64,000 bases of DNA, taken from assembly GCA_049724395.1 (NCBI GenBank), contig JAUGWO010000128.1, positions 310,001 to 374,000 on the forward strand. Direction: 5' to 3'. Made by a program: the position numbers and the translations under genes. The notes under the pieces are model-generated. The model was not told where the DNA came from. It searched no databases and saw only the letters and a list, made by a program, of their open reading frames with translations. The stretch comes from Spongospora subterranea f. sp. subterranea. Taxonomy: Eukaryota. Shown in pieces: positions 62,701 to 64,000 of the stretch. Position 1 is the stretch's first letter, and each line of letters starts with the position of its first letter.

Positions 62701-64000
62701 CGACATGGAAGGCTCAATTTCGACACTCTGACCTCGGCCGTTCAGCTTCAAAGACAGTAATGAGCGACGTATGCTGCCAGTATTAGAATGTGTCGTCTTG
62801 AGGCGTCTAGAAAGATACATTACAGAACTGGCGAAACTGGAGCGAAATGTTTTGGACGGTGGTTGAGCGCTTGAGCTGAATCCATTATGAGCATCACCAG
62901 TTATGGATGACTGCGAAATCGCTCTGAGAGCTGGTAGACTCGCCATGTTTGTGTCACTAATCGAATCGGGCAAGTTGATACTTGGAACATCCCCAAAACC
63001 GCTGTTGGATACGATCCCATTGGTGAAATCAGGCGTCCATAAGTCTCGATTTTCGCGTTGCATTTCAGAAGAAATAGATGCTTGGACAGCGTGCCGTTCA
63101 CGAACCGATAGTTGCTTCTCAATTGTCACTGCAATCTTATATGACCAATCACGAGCGTCCTCTAAAGTGGCTGCTGCCATGTAAAAGAGCCTCTTGCTAT
63201 AATTAGCTGTACCTTTCTTCATCCAATATTGTGCTTGGATTTGAATTGTAAAGTCTCGCCCAAATGACGAACCCGGAAGCATCGACACGCTAGAGTTGTC
63301 GAGAAATATTACACCGAGGACACGTGGATGAGTCGGATGATAATAAAGAGATATGCTGTTTTCATGCAACACCACCCAGCGATGCTTCCACGTCCCCATT
63401 CTCATGCGCATTGTAGAACTAACATTAGACGGGTCCAAAGCTTTGCGAACATGTAAGAACCCTGAGAATTTGACCGACCCCTGTACTTGCAAATCTGTTG
63501 AACTTCGTAAACAGAGTATTTTTGGTCTTTGCTTCGCTGATTCTTGTCAGCAGCAGCTGCTTTTGGCTGACGATTAGTCTAGAAAGAGCGACATCCCTCA
63601 TGAACCCGTCAACAAATCTATATACGTTGCTGTTCTGAAGTCCATTTTCGGTTGCGGCGAAAACGTTCAAACTGCACATATCCGACACAACGCTATGTAA
63701 TTGAGGGATATGCTCTGCAATGGGATATGCTTTCAACAGTAGGTCCATCTGAAATTCGGCACCAATCACGCTTGCGACTTTAAGAGCTATTTCATGAATG
63801 TGGCCGAGTCTATCGATTCGGCAGCCAAGAATATTTTGCAAACAAATTGGAACCGGGACAACAGAGAGGTCAGTAAACTTGTCAGAAAGTGTACAAATTT
63901 TTCCACCTTTTTCAGTGCGAATCTGAATTAATTCATTCTTACGAAGAGAGTAGATGAATTCCTTGCAAACAAGAGGATTTCCATGGGATCGTTGAAGAAT
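59799..64000 (-). CDS. 3' part of a large protein: sAC-type STAND NTPase helical/wHTH region + PH + PH + class I cyclic-nucleotide phosphodiesterase (starts beyond window)
   Basis: RSHGNPLVCKEF and RIDRLGH..LKVASVIGAEF..YRFVDGFMRDVAL (STAND); two PH domains (WKHRWVVL, WRKRWVCV); PDE motifs PYHNLFH, CHDIGHPG, LEQHH, LATDM, HASDISN. The join needs a -1 correction at T-run 63519-63523. The final exon follows an intron after SSIQ. Confidence 0.8.

Overview
Compact eukaryotic chromosome segment with many short (~45-100 nt) GT-AG introns. The gene set and architecture suggest a flagellated protist, possibly a plasmodiophorid/rhizarian (inference only). About 23 spliced genes are recognisable by hand: GLE1, GPN1, TypA/BipA, a divergent retinoblastoma-like protein, a UBA/GW-repeat/Q-rich protein, RBM28/NOP4, a zf-4CXXC protein, G6PD, an SPX + M14 (AstE/AspA) hydrolase fusion, eIF2B-delta, katanin p60, a vacuolar sorting receptor, ZIP4/TEX11, a CC1-box coiled-coil protein, a G-patch protein, mS35, a DIEG-repeat protein, NOT3, AMPK-beta, EMC3, TXNDC17, and the 3' part of a STAND-NTPase-PH-PH-phosphodiesterase fusion. 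A ~9 kb island lacking conserved genes (47.3-56.1 kb) holds a 2.5 kb 35/39-bp satellite, Ty3/Gypsy chromovirus debris, a Harbinger-type MITE, and a family of tiny 3-exon membrane-peptide genes. That family has conserved introns and flanks but an unalignable middle exon, and one copy is followed by a 184-bp near-perfect antisense duplicate. The most notable items are the SPX-hydrolase fusion, the STAND-PH-PH-PDE fusion and this micropeptide/hairpin locus. Several +1 frameshifts in short mononucleotide runs look like assembly errors. All assignments come from motif recognition by eye; no database search was run.
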